A program made the translations under genes and the position numbers. DNA of 63,225 nucleotides, the filler included, from Welwitschia mirabilis (taxonomy: Eukaryota): the NCBI GenBank assembly GCA_051453625.1. It is 4 parts of one record of this genome, joined end to end, with 100 filler letters (N's around TTAATTAATTAA, not from the genome) between each part and the next. Parts side by side here need not be neighbours in the genome. Positions count along the whole stretch, not along the records: positions 1 to 27,853 come from JBOZIK010000001.1; 3 more parts are not named here. One strand, written 5' to 3'. Positions 14,054 to 26,699 of this stretch are shown here, in pieces. Position 1 is the stretch's first letter; the number at the start of each line of letters is the position of its first letter. The notes beneath the pieces are model-generated. The model had not been told where the DNA came from. It did not search any database and saw only the letters and a list, made by a program, of their open reading frames with translations.

Positions 14054-17000
14054 TTTAACTAAATATATAGGAAGAGGTAAAGAATCATTATTAAATATAA
14101 TGTGATTTTATATCCTTAAAATCTGTTAATTGGTTAAGGGAGTTTTTTGGTTCTACCAAATCCCATACTCTTTTCTTGCTTTATAATANNNNNNNNNNNN
14201 NNNNNNNNNNNNNNNNNNNNNNNNNNNNNNNNNNNNNNNNNNNNNNNNNNNNNNNNNNNNNNNNNNNNNNNNNNNNNNNNNNNNNNNNAAGCTTACAAAA
14301 TGTGTGTTATAACACCTATCCCATGTACAACCATTAAATAAGTGCTTATTAGATTGTAATGTAGACTTAAAAATAGGATAGTTAGAGGGGATAGACATTC
14401 CTCTTTTGATTAGATGGTTTTTAATTAGAAGCTTATCATAATGTTTTAGTTAGAAAAATATCTTAGTTTTTTCTAGAATTAGGCCTTTTCAAAATTCTCT
14501 CCCTCTTTTCTTTTGTAGGTTATCATATTTTTTTAATCATAATGGTTTTTTCTATATCTTTCTATATGGCTTGTACATTATGTAGCTTCTGATGCATGTT
14601 AAAAAGGTGCTTTTATGAGTATGATTCTCCTCTCTTCTTGTTTCATAAGTTGTACTTGATTAATTCACTCCATGATAGTCCTTTCTCTTATAATATTTTG
14701 ATGATTTTATTAGCCCTTATTAATAAGTGGTCTTCTAATTTTTGTATACTCTATTCCCTCGAGTATTTTAGTTGGGCAATAATATTTCATTTACATAATG
14801 GAAATATATTCCTATCCTCCCCCCTAATCAAATAAAGTCTTGGAGGATTCTATTGATTTTCTTAATAATGAACCTTAGGCAGGGGAGGAGGGGAAAGTGA
14901 CAATGAATGCTGTGTACCTAGAGGAAGAGATGTGATAAAAATTAACTAGAAGTACTTTTTATTTAGAGGATAAAAATCACTTAGTCTATAGGTCATATTT
15001 CCTTTTCAATTTTCTAGTTTATGCTTCCAAGTCTGTATTTTGTGTTAGTTCTTTAGAGGGATGCTTAAGTTAATATATTTAAAATCACTATTATTGGTTT
15101 TCATGATTTTGATGGTACCATTTCTATGCCTAATATTTTGACTAATAAAGTAAACCTTTGTTTTATTCCAAGTATCTTTAACGCTTGTAGCTCTACTAAA
15201 TAGTTCCATGATGCTTAAAATAATCTTGGATTATTGATATATGGCTTAAGTCATAAATATGGTGTCATTTGCACAGTGATTATTTATGAATATTTGTTGG
15301 CTAATTTTTATTCCTCCTACTTCATTTCTCTATAGCATTTCCTATGACATATCTATAAAAAAAAGGAAAAACTAAGGGGATAGTGAATATTCTTGTCTTA
15401 GAGATCCTCCTATTATAAAGTATTTAAATCTTTTATTATTAATATCTAAACAAAACTTAGCTGATGCCTATCTATCCATCCATAAATTTACAATGTTATC
15501 ATCAAATCCTATTTTTCTCATAATGGTTTTCCAGGACCTTTAATGAATTATGTTACAAGACTTAGTAGTATTAATTTTAGTAATCATGAATGAGAATTTA
15601 TGTTTCTTTATAGAGTAAATTATTGTGTAAGTGAGTAAGATTTGAACTTGGATATACCTAGAGTAGATGAATCCAATGCCATTTAGAGAAATGACCTTAG
15701 GAACCAAGGGGATAATATGACCAAGCATAATCTTTATAAGGATCCTATAGATCATATGTATTCTTCCTATTAGTCTATAGTAACTTGGGCTACTGGCCTT
15801 AATTTTCTTTAGAGTAAAAGATATCCTAGTCCTATTCATATCCATCAAGATTTTTTTATTGATGAATAACTCTTGCATAACATATTGTATGTTCTTCCCT
15901 AGGATAATAAAGTAATATATAAACAACTCTATGGGCTAGCCATTTGGTCCTAGGGATCTGTCATTTTTCATAAATGTAATAGATCTACTTACCTCCTTCC
16001 TACTAATAGATTTATTTAAATCCTTATTTCTCATCTTATTGATCTTATTCTTCATAACAAATGATTTAGAAAATATATCCTTCCATTTTCAAATATTCCT
16101 AAGATGAATATTCATTTCTCTCTTGATGTATTCTTCTTTATTCAGATCCTACTTCTCATATTAATATTTATTATCCTATTGTTAATTTTGTGCTAGTTTT
16201 CTTAATGAAAAATTAGTTTATTTATCTCCCTCTCATACTCATTTTATTTCAAGTTTCTCTCCTTAGTAGTACTCTTCATCTAAGATAACATTATATAGTT
16301 CTTGAGGCACTTGTGTTTTTAACTCCAAGGCTATCTTGATATTCTTGCCATTGTTCTTTAGTCTAGATTTCCTATAGATTCTTTTAAATATCTTTATGAA
16401 AAAATAATATTTCCTTGTTATGATTCCTATAATCTCTTAGGTAATATTTGAGTGTATATAGATCTATATACATTAAGGTGATGGATCAAGGCTTATTATA
16501 ATTTATCTAAATTATTTTCACCATGCTCTCTATATCTTTTCTTCTAATTTAATATCTTTCTATTTTGAAGAAGTATGTAGGGAATATAAGCATTTTAATT
16601 CAAAATTTTATTGGTCTTTAATTAGAAGCCATTCTATTGATACCTCATGCTTTGATTAACATTTTGCCAATAATCTCTCTCCTTATTATGATCTTATCTA
16701 TTTGGAAATAACCAAGTTATCTCCTCTCCTTCTATTATATTATGTATACTTTCATCGCATAATTGGAAAATTAATTAAATATCCTTTTATCATTAACTAT
16801 TTAAGAAGATCCATTCTCTTATCATTTAAGTTATTCTTGCCTATCTTTTGTCATTTATGTAGGCACTGGTTGAAGTCTTTTATCATCATCCATCTTTTCT
16901 TTATTTGTGATTAAATTCAATAACTACTTGAAGACATGTTACTTATCAATATTACTTTAAGGGATATGAATATTCATAATGTGTTAATCCTCTTTCTTAA

Positions 17001-17241
17001 GTAGATGAAGATGTGGTTCTAGTTATTATGAACTAGGTTTGCTTCTTCCCTAGTGAGAATCATAACCCATTCTAATTTTATTTTTGCCATCATGGTGAAT
17101 TTATTCTAGTTTTATCAGTATCTATAATTGGTACTATTTATTTTTTTTTAAGCGAAGTAATTTATATTATTCTTTAGTACTATTTCTCTTAGTATTCATT
17201 TTTTGTGAGGACAACCTAATCCCCTACAATTCCATGATAGT
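14054..17241 (-). pseudogene. L1-like LINE ORF2 pseudogene (APE endonuclease + reverse transcriptase)
   Basis: Minus-strand motifs LSWNCRGLGCP (endonuclease N-terminus, ~17208-17240), RSLGPN (KSPGPDG-like, ~15945), YRLIG (YRPIS-like, ~15775), GSLRQEYSLSP (GLRQGDPLSP-like, ~15375-15410) and CANDT (FADD-like, ~15260-15275). Confidence 0.88.
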
Positions 17242-18000
17242 TATTTGTGGTAAAATCTAGATATGCTTTTATCTATCATCAATGTATGATAAATAGAAAG
17301 ATCATCTATGAATACAAATATTTGATGGCTAAATTAAAATTTTACCACTTATACTATGAATTATGATTTTAGTATAGTCCTAATGTTAATCTTCTTTAGG
17401 GATAGATGTCATAATCTATTAGTAAAGCAAGCACAATAATAATGAGTATAAGAGTGAAATGTATAAGGAAATTAGAAATAGAACATAGCATTTAAATTAT
17501 CATAATAACTTCTTAGGAAAGCATAATTATTAAAGTAAATTCATGTAGCTTTTAATCCAACTCAAGCATAGTAGCATAATATCAACCACTATAGACATGA
17601 GGCTCATGTAGTTCTATCTCAAGCTTAGTGGCATAATCCCTTTCACCATAGATATGAGGGTGATGTATCTAAGCCACTTAGACTTTACAAAAAGGATAAA
17701 ATAAATATGAAAAGTAGGGTTCTTCTAAGCTTCACCAAATAAAGTTTCAGGTTATATAAGCTAAAATGAAAAGGAGAATCACCAAAGGATCTTAAATTAA
17801 TAACATGCCTTAGCTAATCCTAAGCATAAAAAGTATGAGAGCCATTAAAGCCTAATATTAAAGTAATGCACCAATAACCTGTAACACTATGTTATCAAAA
17901 AATTAAAAGCATAAAATCCATGAAATTATTCATACTAAACTAAGAAGTATCATACTAGCTTAATAGCTAGCCCATCCCTATGAGAGGATTAAAAAGAATA
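17242..18000 (-). repeat. 3' LTR of element C (alignable part; probably extends further right)
   Basis: Colinear with 38327-39058: TATTTGTGGTAAAATCTAG vs TATTCATGGTGAAATATAG, shared TAAAGTAAATTCATGTA, ATAGACATGAGGC and TCTTAAATTAATAACATGCCTTAGC. Confidence 0.8.
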
Positions 18001-21000
18001 CATAACTAAAGCTCCAATATCTTTTATACAATATGCTGCATGATATAATATGTAAAGTAAAGTAAAATATCTATAGGCCTAAATTAGGCTTTATAATTAG
18101 GGTTTCTAAGGCCTAATGAGGTCATTCATTAAAATTCACAAGGTGTATAAGTTTGTCCTTTAGTCATGAGTTACTTTAAGGGGTTCTTCTTAGAAAATAG
18201 TCTTCATTAATCTTCTACCTTTAAAAATAACTAGAATGAATTGATTGCATCAAGAAAGCTCAAGAATGTTAAGTAATGAACTTATTTTACTCATAGTAAC
18301 TACTACTACCACTTATAAAATTGGTGTCATTGCTAGTAATACTCAGCACAAATGTGTCTCAAAAGATTATCTAACATGTAAAAATTGCAAATAAAAGCAA
18401 TCAATTATAAAAAGATGAAGGGCTTTGGAAAAACTTTGCTAATGTAATCTAAAACTATATTTAAGCAAAATAATAAAGAATGAAGGGTGGTTAATTAAGT
18501 GTAAATGCCACTTCCTCTAATCAAAGCTAAAATTTATTCTTAAAGTTTAAAAGATATGAAAAATTGAATGTAAATAAAATGAGAAACGAATGATGTATGT
18601 TCTAATGTAGTTTAAAACAAGATAAAAATGAAATTTACTTTTAAAAAAAAGCACTACATGACTAAACTAGAAAATATGAAATGAAAAATAATGAAAAAGA
18701 AAGATTGAAAATCAAAATGACTTTTAAATCTCTAAATCTAAAATGTATACGACACAAATGATTAGAAAATAATTGAAAAAGATGATACATGAGGAATGAA
18801 GTGTGATGTATTGGAAATTACAAAATAGATAATGAGTTTGTATTAGTCAAGTTTTATAAATTTTTAATGCATACCTAAGTGTTATAAAACTAGAAATGAA
18901 TCATAGAATGTCTTACTTAAATAGGATTTAGTTTATACAGGATAAGGCAGTGGTACTAGTTAGGGAAGCTAGCGGTGCTGACTTTGTTAATAATTACATA
19001 TTAAGCATTACATTTCAGAGCCTTAAAACTAAGTTAAAATAATTTTAATTAAGTATCAGTTTATAATAAAAACTAGATTGGCATAAATAGGGATTTATAT
19101 TAATTTTACATTAAGTACAAAAGTAATTTCAATAAGAGAAAATGAAATTCTAATGCAGTTATAGAAATTGAGAAAGTATAGGTCAAGATGGATGAGTGAG
19201 AGAGTGTGTGTAAGAGAGAGATATTCAGCTTATGAATCCTCTATGAGAATTTTTTTTTAAAATTTTTCTTTATATATTCTTATTTCTTTTATATCTCCTT
19301 TTGTTTCTTGATGATCTTTTTTATTTTTCCCCACAACTTCTAATCAAAGTTCTTTATAACTTGAGTACTTCCTTTAAGAACATATCACTTGAACTAGTGG
19401 AGGAATGATGATGAGTGGTAGAAGAATAAGTAGAAAAATGTGGATAAAAGGGAATATTAGAGCTAGTAGGAGATTTCTCCTTTATTCATATAGTGCATGG
19501 ATAGTAGTAAGAGGAAAGATCTTGAAAATCGTTTTAGAGGTTATGGTTTCTATGAAGATCCTATTCCAACCCTTAAGGTATAGAGTGTAATCTAAGGAAT
19601 TATAGATCAAGTCAAAAACTAAGAATGAAAGGAAAAGATTACTTCTAAATTCCATATTACATGCTATTGTGGTAAAGAGGCATTTAGACATGTTAAAGAA
19701 TTTATTATTTTAAATAATCCTAATCATATTAAAATAACTTCTATAAGCATCAGCTACATGTAATGTGAGTAAAACATTTTGAATGATACATCTACAAATA
19801 CTAATTGATTCTTATAAAGGTATTTTCAAGGTAAGGCTCCCTTCGTATTTTGTGTATATTCAACATTAAGTATAGCACAACAATAATTAAGGGATTTGGT
19901 AAGCATATAAAGTAGATTATCTTAGAATTTAACTCCTATTAAGGATTCTACATCATTAGAGAAAATGACAAGAAGGCATGATGAATAGAAGAATAGATTA
20001 CCCAAGTTCTATCATTATCTATTATTGCATTTCCTTAGAACTTCAAAACTACACTTGAAAAATGTTAAGTGCAATTGTCCTTCAATAAGTAGTTCTAATT
20101 CCTTGCCTTAATTTAATCAAGATAGAAAGATGTAAAAAAGCAAGGAAAGATGTGAAAAATATTTCTTATAATAATTCTTCTACTCTTTAACTTATGATGA
20201 TCTAAAATAATAAAATTGAAGAAAGAGAAAGAAATAGAAATATAAGAAAGATGAGGGAGAAAGTTAGAAAAGTGAAAAATAGATTGAAAAAAAATAGAAG
20301 AATTTTGGATTCATAACAACCTCACTAACGCATAAAGAAACTAGAGGATCCTAAAATAAAGTTATAAGAAGAAATCATACATGCCTAGAATAAGATAGAT
20401 GGTGGTGCTATTTAGGATAGACATTGGCACTAGTAGAATGAAAATACATTGCTTGTGTAAATGTGAGGTGGACTATAGTAGTATAAGGATCATGGGAAAC
20501 ATAAGTAATTAGTGCAAATGGCTTAAAAAACATGGGTTTTATAGAAAATGGATAAAATTTGGATCATTGAATGGCTAGATTTCATTAATGATTTAAATAA
20601 AAACTTACCTTGAATCTAAACATAGTTATAGGGGTCAAATCATAGAAAATATAATGTGTTTCTTGGTGTAATTTCTAATAGAAAGAAAAACAAAAGAATA
20701 TGGCTTAATATAGGTGAGAAAAATGGATATTATAGTAATAAGATAAAATGGATGAATGAAATGACAAATCTTAGTATGCATCCTATGAATAAATGAGACA
20801 TGATGAATGTAAGCCAATGGTCTTATTTATTTACATAACTTTTCATGGATCCTTTACCAAGATAAAAAAAGTAATATTTAGTAAATCCTTACAAATCCAC
20901 AAGTAGTGAAGGAATATCAAGTTTAATTTTTAAAAGAAGAAAAGAAAATATTTTTCTAAACCTACCTTAATTTAATACCTTTTCTTTCCTCTTCCATGAA

Positions 21001-21269
21001 TAAACAATTTTTAAGCATTTACTATTACTAATCATTTAGTATTATATCACTTCTTTCCAATAGATTTAACGTGTTACACTAAAAGTATTCACTGTTACAT
21101 TACTAGTGAGCATTTATAACATCAATTTAGATGAATTTATTATAAATGAATCATTAGAGATGCATTGTCAATAAGCATCCATAGCCTTGATGTGGTTAAC
21201 CAAACCTAATAGAAATGATCATTAAAAAAAATTCTAAAAGAGTTTAAGAATTTTATTAATTTTCTTTGT

Positions 21270-21339
<70 letters not shown>
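21270..21339. repeat. Compound (CT)n(AT)n microsatellite running into an assembly gap
   Basis: Direct reading. Confidence 0.97.
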
Positions 21340-23099
21340 NNNNNNNNNNNNNNNNNNNNNNNNNNNNNNNNNNNNNNNNNNNNNNNNNNNNNNNNNNNNN
21401 NNNNNNNNNNNNNNNNNNNNNNNNNNNNNNNNNNNNNNNNNNNNNNNNNNNNNNNNNNNNNNNNNNNNNNNNNNNNNNNNNNNNNNNNNNNNNNNNNNNN
21501 NNNNNNNNNNNNNNNNNNNNNNNNNNNNNNNNNNNNNNNNNNNNNNNNNNNNNNNNNNNNNNNNNNNNNNNNNNNNNNNNNNNNNNNNNNNNNNNNNNNN
21601 NNNNNNNNNNNNNNNNNNNNNNNNNNNNNNNNNNNNNNNNNNNNNNNNNNNNNNNNNNNNNNNNNNNNNNNNNNNNNNNNNNNNNNNNNNNNNNNNNNNN
21701 NNNNNNNNNNNNNNNNNNNNNNNNNNNNNNNNNNNNNNNNNNNNNNNNNNNNNNNNNNNNNNNNNNNNNNNNNNNNNNNNNNNNNNNNNNNNNNNNNNNN
21801 NNNNNNNNNNNNNNNNNNNNNNNNNNNNNNNNNNNNNNNNNNNNNNNNNNNNNNNNNNNNNNNNNNNNNNNNNNNNNNNNNNNNNNNNNNNNNNNNNNNN
21901 NNNNNNNNNNNNNNNNNNNNNNNNNNNNNNNNNNNNNNNNNNNNNNNNNNNNNNNNNNNNNNNNNNNNNNNNNNNNNNNNNNNNNNNNNNNNNNNNNNNN
22001 NNNNNNNNNNNNNNNNNNNNNNNNNNNNNNNNNNNNNNNNNNNNNNNNNNNNNNNNNNNNNNNNNNNNNNNNNNNNNNNNNNNNNNNNNNNNNNNNNNNN
22101 NNNNNNNNNNNNNNNNNNNNNNNNNNNNNNNNNNNNNNNNNNNNNNNNNNNNNNNNNNNNNNNNNNNNNNNNNNNNNNNNNNNATACAGAAATGATCTCA
22201 TTCCATGAATGATTTGAAATAAAGAAATAGTATGAAAGAAGAAAATCCACCTTGTTCTTTGATTCTAAATGGGAGATCTCTAAATGCATGTAAGTCTTAA
22301 TAAAGAATACAAAAATTCAAAGAACTAGCTAATAAAGTCATAACTAAGCTTTGAAAAAATAAAAGATCTCTTTAAAGAAAAAAACCATTAAGCAAGATCA
22401 TTTACTTTTATGAACTCATAAGATGATGGAAATGGTAAATGAAATTTGGATGATGAATGGTTATATGGAGGTGATTTGGTTGAGTGGAAATGGCTAAAGG
22501 ATAGATAGGATAAATGATTATGGCTAGGGTTTTCTATAAAAGGAACATCTTTAAACACATGAGGGTTTTGTATAGTTTGATCCAAATATCCTAAGAGTAG
22601 AATAGTTAAGTTTAATCTAAAATCATTTGATAAAACCAAGTTAGATGTACAAGAAGGGTGTTCAATCATGAATGAAGAGGAAAAATTTAAAGTATTAGTA
22701 TTTTCACACTTAAAATGATAAGATGGATGGTTAAGCAACAAATCAATCCTATAAATGTTGTCATGAAAAGACTTTACATGAGTTGAAAATTCTAAAATAG
22801 TATGAAGGAAATATTTATTAGGGTTAAAATACTCTAGGTCATAAGAGGACCATCCTATTCTTTTCTCTTACTTAACTAATGATTCTTGCAAAATATTTTT
22901 TTCAATATGAAGACATAGATGAATTAGAAATTAAATAATAAGTAGGATCATTATTAAATATACATATTAAACCTTAACAAGTAAGTCCATATCAATAGGA
23001 GGATGATTTTTAATATTTACATATAAATTATAGTCAAAAAGAAATTAAAAAAGAGGAGAAACATTTTTCTCATAGATAACTGTAATAAACTCTACTCCT

Positions 23100-24790
23100 T
23101 CTAAATCATTAGGTTTCTATATGCTATTAAATATATTCAACTCAATAGTCATGTTACTAAATGAAATATTCATAAGAACATTTTTATAATTGATAAGATC
23201 ATCATAAGTAGCAAGAAAAGGTCTTTCCAACATCATTGAAATGATATGACTTCTAGTTTTTTTCATCTCCAAAACTATAAAGTCTACATAAAAGTAGAAA
23301 TTTTCTACTTGAACAAGCACATCCTCTACTATGTCCAAGGGTGTTTTCAAAGAGTTATTAGCTAATTGCAATTAGATTTTAATATTTTTAAAATTATTTA
23401 AACTAAGTTCCTTATAAAAACTATAGGGTAAAAGATTAAAACTAGCTTCAAGATGTGGAAAGACTTATTAACAGTTAGTAATCATAATTGTATGGCAACT
23501 TAAATATTTGTATTTTTGGGAGGATTTGGTTTTAAATAATGACACTAGTTTATAAATAAAATAAGGCTTTAATTTTCACATTTATCCATTTTTGATAGTG
23601 TATATATATTTTCAAGAATTTATCATAGAAAGGTACTTATTTAATGGATTCTAAAAGAGGGATATTGATCTTTACTTCTTGAAAATTTTTAATGCTTCTT
23701 ATTACTTCTTAGCTAATTGATTTTTTCTAAGTTATTAAAAAAAGGGTAAGGATTCTTTATAATTTAGAACAATTTATTCTACTTCATGTTTATTTCCTCC
23801 ATTTTTTTCACTTTTAGACTTATCTTGTTGTACTTTTCTTATTATGATTGTTTCTCTTCTATCTCTTTGTTAATTTCTTTTATACTTTTTCAATGTATAA
23901 CCTTGGTTTCCTTGATTTTTGCATATTCCATCAACTTACAACTACTAGGTTAGGCTCATGTGTAGTAGGAATCTTTTTCTTTTCATATTGATTAAGTGAT
24001 ATAAGGATATGTATGATGGTTTGACTTAGTTATTGCATTACTTGCTCTAAATTTTGTAATGTGGAAGAGATTTGTTGGTTAAATTAATATTGTGAGGTGT
24101 TAATGTAATGTTGATCTTTCATGAACTTATGAGGTATAACCTCTAAAGAGATAGAAGTTGAGAGATGATTTAAGCTCTTAGATTCACTAGTTGAGGTTTA
24201 CCTAGGATTATCTTATTTCCATGAGAAGTTTGGATGATTCCTCCATCCATTGTTATAGGTGTTAGAGTAGAGATTTTTCATTCTTTGGTTTTGCCATTGT
24301 TATTTCATAGAATTAACCTATTCTTTTATATACCTTAAAACATGGGAATGGATGGGTAATCTGATATTTTATGAGTATATACAAGATAAATGTTATAATA
24401 AAGTAGTGACATCATGGGCTTAGGATTGACACTAAGAGTCTTAATCATCTTAGAAATTTCTTCCAACTTTTAGTTGACTTCATTATTATTAGGAATTTTT
24501 GAAGACACTAGTAGACCTAATAGGTTGTTGTGATCTTATTAGCTTATTAGGTTTATTTCAATTCTTTGAAGTTTTAGCCATAATCTTAAGAAAAAAATCC
24601 TAAGCTTCATCATGTTCTAGGTCTAGAAAGATTCCTCTATACATCATCTCCATAAAATACCTATGTTTAGATGAAATTTCTTCATAAAAGAAACTTATGA
24701 CCATTCCTTATTAAAAACAATATTATTGGCATTTAAGAAGTAAGTCTTTAAATATTTTTAGGGTATGAAAAAATGTTTCACTATCCTTGT
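23100..24790 (-). pseudogene. gag C-terminal half and aspartic protease of element C
   Basis: Minus strand gives SETFFHTLKIFKDLLLKC...SFFYE (gag, ~24680-24790), NGWRNHPNFSW (~24215-24250), LEASFNL (protease, ~23430-23455) and ORF 23117-23371 with VEDVLVQVENFYFYVDFIVLEM and LERPFLAT. Confidence 0.85.
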
Positions 24791-25863
24791 TGTGTTGCAA
24801 ACTTACATATATTTGATAAGGTATTTTGAGTGGTTTTATAGTTCAATAGATAGGTAGATGCTTGATTTTCATGATAATGAATAGCTGAGATGAAAGAAAT
24901 AAACAAATGTAATATCCATAATGATTTATAACATTTTTAGTAATTCTTAATACTTTACATTTCTAGGAAAAATTCCTATAAAACATTAAGACTAATGCAT
25001 TAATGGAACATTTGTAAAAATCCATCGTCCACCTCATCATCTAGACAACTATATAGATGATAGAGTAATTCATGCCAATAGGGATGCTAACTATAATTAA
25101 TCTGGTAGATAATGTGAATTATTTATGAGATGGCATCATCTCCTTTATTATTCAAATGATTAGCTAGATGACACTATTGTAACATTTGCACTGAGCACTC
25201 ACTTAATTTCTACCAACTGTCTATCTATTTCTCTTAGCATAGCTATTATGATTTTATCCATGCCTGTCTATTTGTCTTTTTATGTGCTTGTGTATTAGAC
25301 TCCTACTTATCTTCATTTATACCTGAAATTCTTGTGATAGGAGATTGAAGGGATGGATATCTATTCTTATAGTTAAAGAGAGTTGTTTTCCTTGGTGTTG
25401 GATGGAATTTCCTCCATTGAGGTGCGACTACTTTGTACCATGGATGTGGTTCTGATACAAGAACATTTTTTTTTATGATTTCAATACATGTTTATTCCTC
25501 ATCCTCATAGTTTTTCCTTCTGATCTAGTGATAGTTTATTTAGTAATATAGGTTATGGGGACAACCTTTCTTAAGGTTATGCATGATTAGTTTAGATTAA
25601 GTGAATTATTATTTCCTTTTTCTAAATTATCTTTGCAAAGTATGTTGCATTTCACTTTTATGAATTGCAAGTTATTTTTATAGTTAGAGTACAATGTGAT
25701 TTTTCTTGTGAAAATCAACTCTCTTATTTCTACTTTGACCTTGGATGGATTAAAACATTTGGATCACTCCTATCTATATTAGTGTGTTGTGTTTATGCAA
25801 ATATTTGTAATTGATAGGATTTAACTTAACTAAGGACATAAATTTATATAAATATGCATCACA
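24791..25863 (+). repeat. 5' LTR of element D
   Basis: TGTGTTGC...GCATCACA termini; colinear with 35734-36415. Confidence 0.88.
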
Positions 25864-25869
25864 ACATCT

Positions 25870-25887
25870 TGGCACCATTACTAAGGA
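25870..25887 (+). other. Primer binding site (degenerate tRNA-Asp type)
   Basis: TGGCACCATTACTAAGGA, 6 bp after the LTR end. Confidence 0.8.
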
Positions 25888-26699
25888 AAGCTACTTGGAG
25901 ATCGAGAGTTGTCATTACTTTGGTGAGTACTTTGAATCTTAGTTCAGGTGCTTGTTATAGTAGCATTGTAATTTTATCTATAGTAGCATAGGTTTTTCTT
26001 TTTTATAGTTTTAGTTTTCTATTTTCAAATAAAAGTTTTTTCTATTCTGTAATAAAATGTTTGTCATCTACTTTATCATCTAGATAATGTGCAGTGATGA
26101 TAGCCTCTATGCTATGAGTTTTTTATTTCTATTTTTATTAAAAAAATTTTGGGACTTTTTCATTATCCCCTTTTTCATTCAGATGACTCAGGTAAACGGT
26201 AGTCTACTTTTAGAGTTTTCTATGTCTATCAGTTTTTCATTTATGTTTTTTGCTTTTTCCTATTTTATGATTTCTGTGTTTTTGTTGTCCAGACTATAAT
26301 CCAGATGACTATATGAATTACACTTTATGCATATGATATTGAGCATGTATGGTAAAATCTAGTAAGAAAAAAAAATACTAGAGAGAGGCTATCTATTGAG
26401 GAAAAGATCTGAGAAGATTTGATAGACCTTGAAACTAACTCAAGTAAGCACAGTAAAGGTACATAAAATTTAGAAATTCCTACAATATCTACTTTCATTT
26501 CTTCAAAGTTTGATTTTGTTAAATAAAATTTTCTAGGCGATTGTATAGATGAGGATTTTTAATTTTCAACCATCTCTACCTTACAGAAATAAAAGCAACT
26601 TGTTTTACAAAATACAACCCTTGTCATTGGAACCTCTACAACCAGACTTGTTTGAACTAATGCCCATGTCATCCTTAGAGATCTCATTACAAATAAGAA

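Noticed and set aside
21234..22289. Long ORFs in the track (also 36312-37389 and 46337-47087)
   Set aside because: They consist almost entirely of X from N gaps and microsatellite translation.
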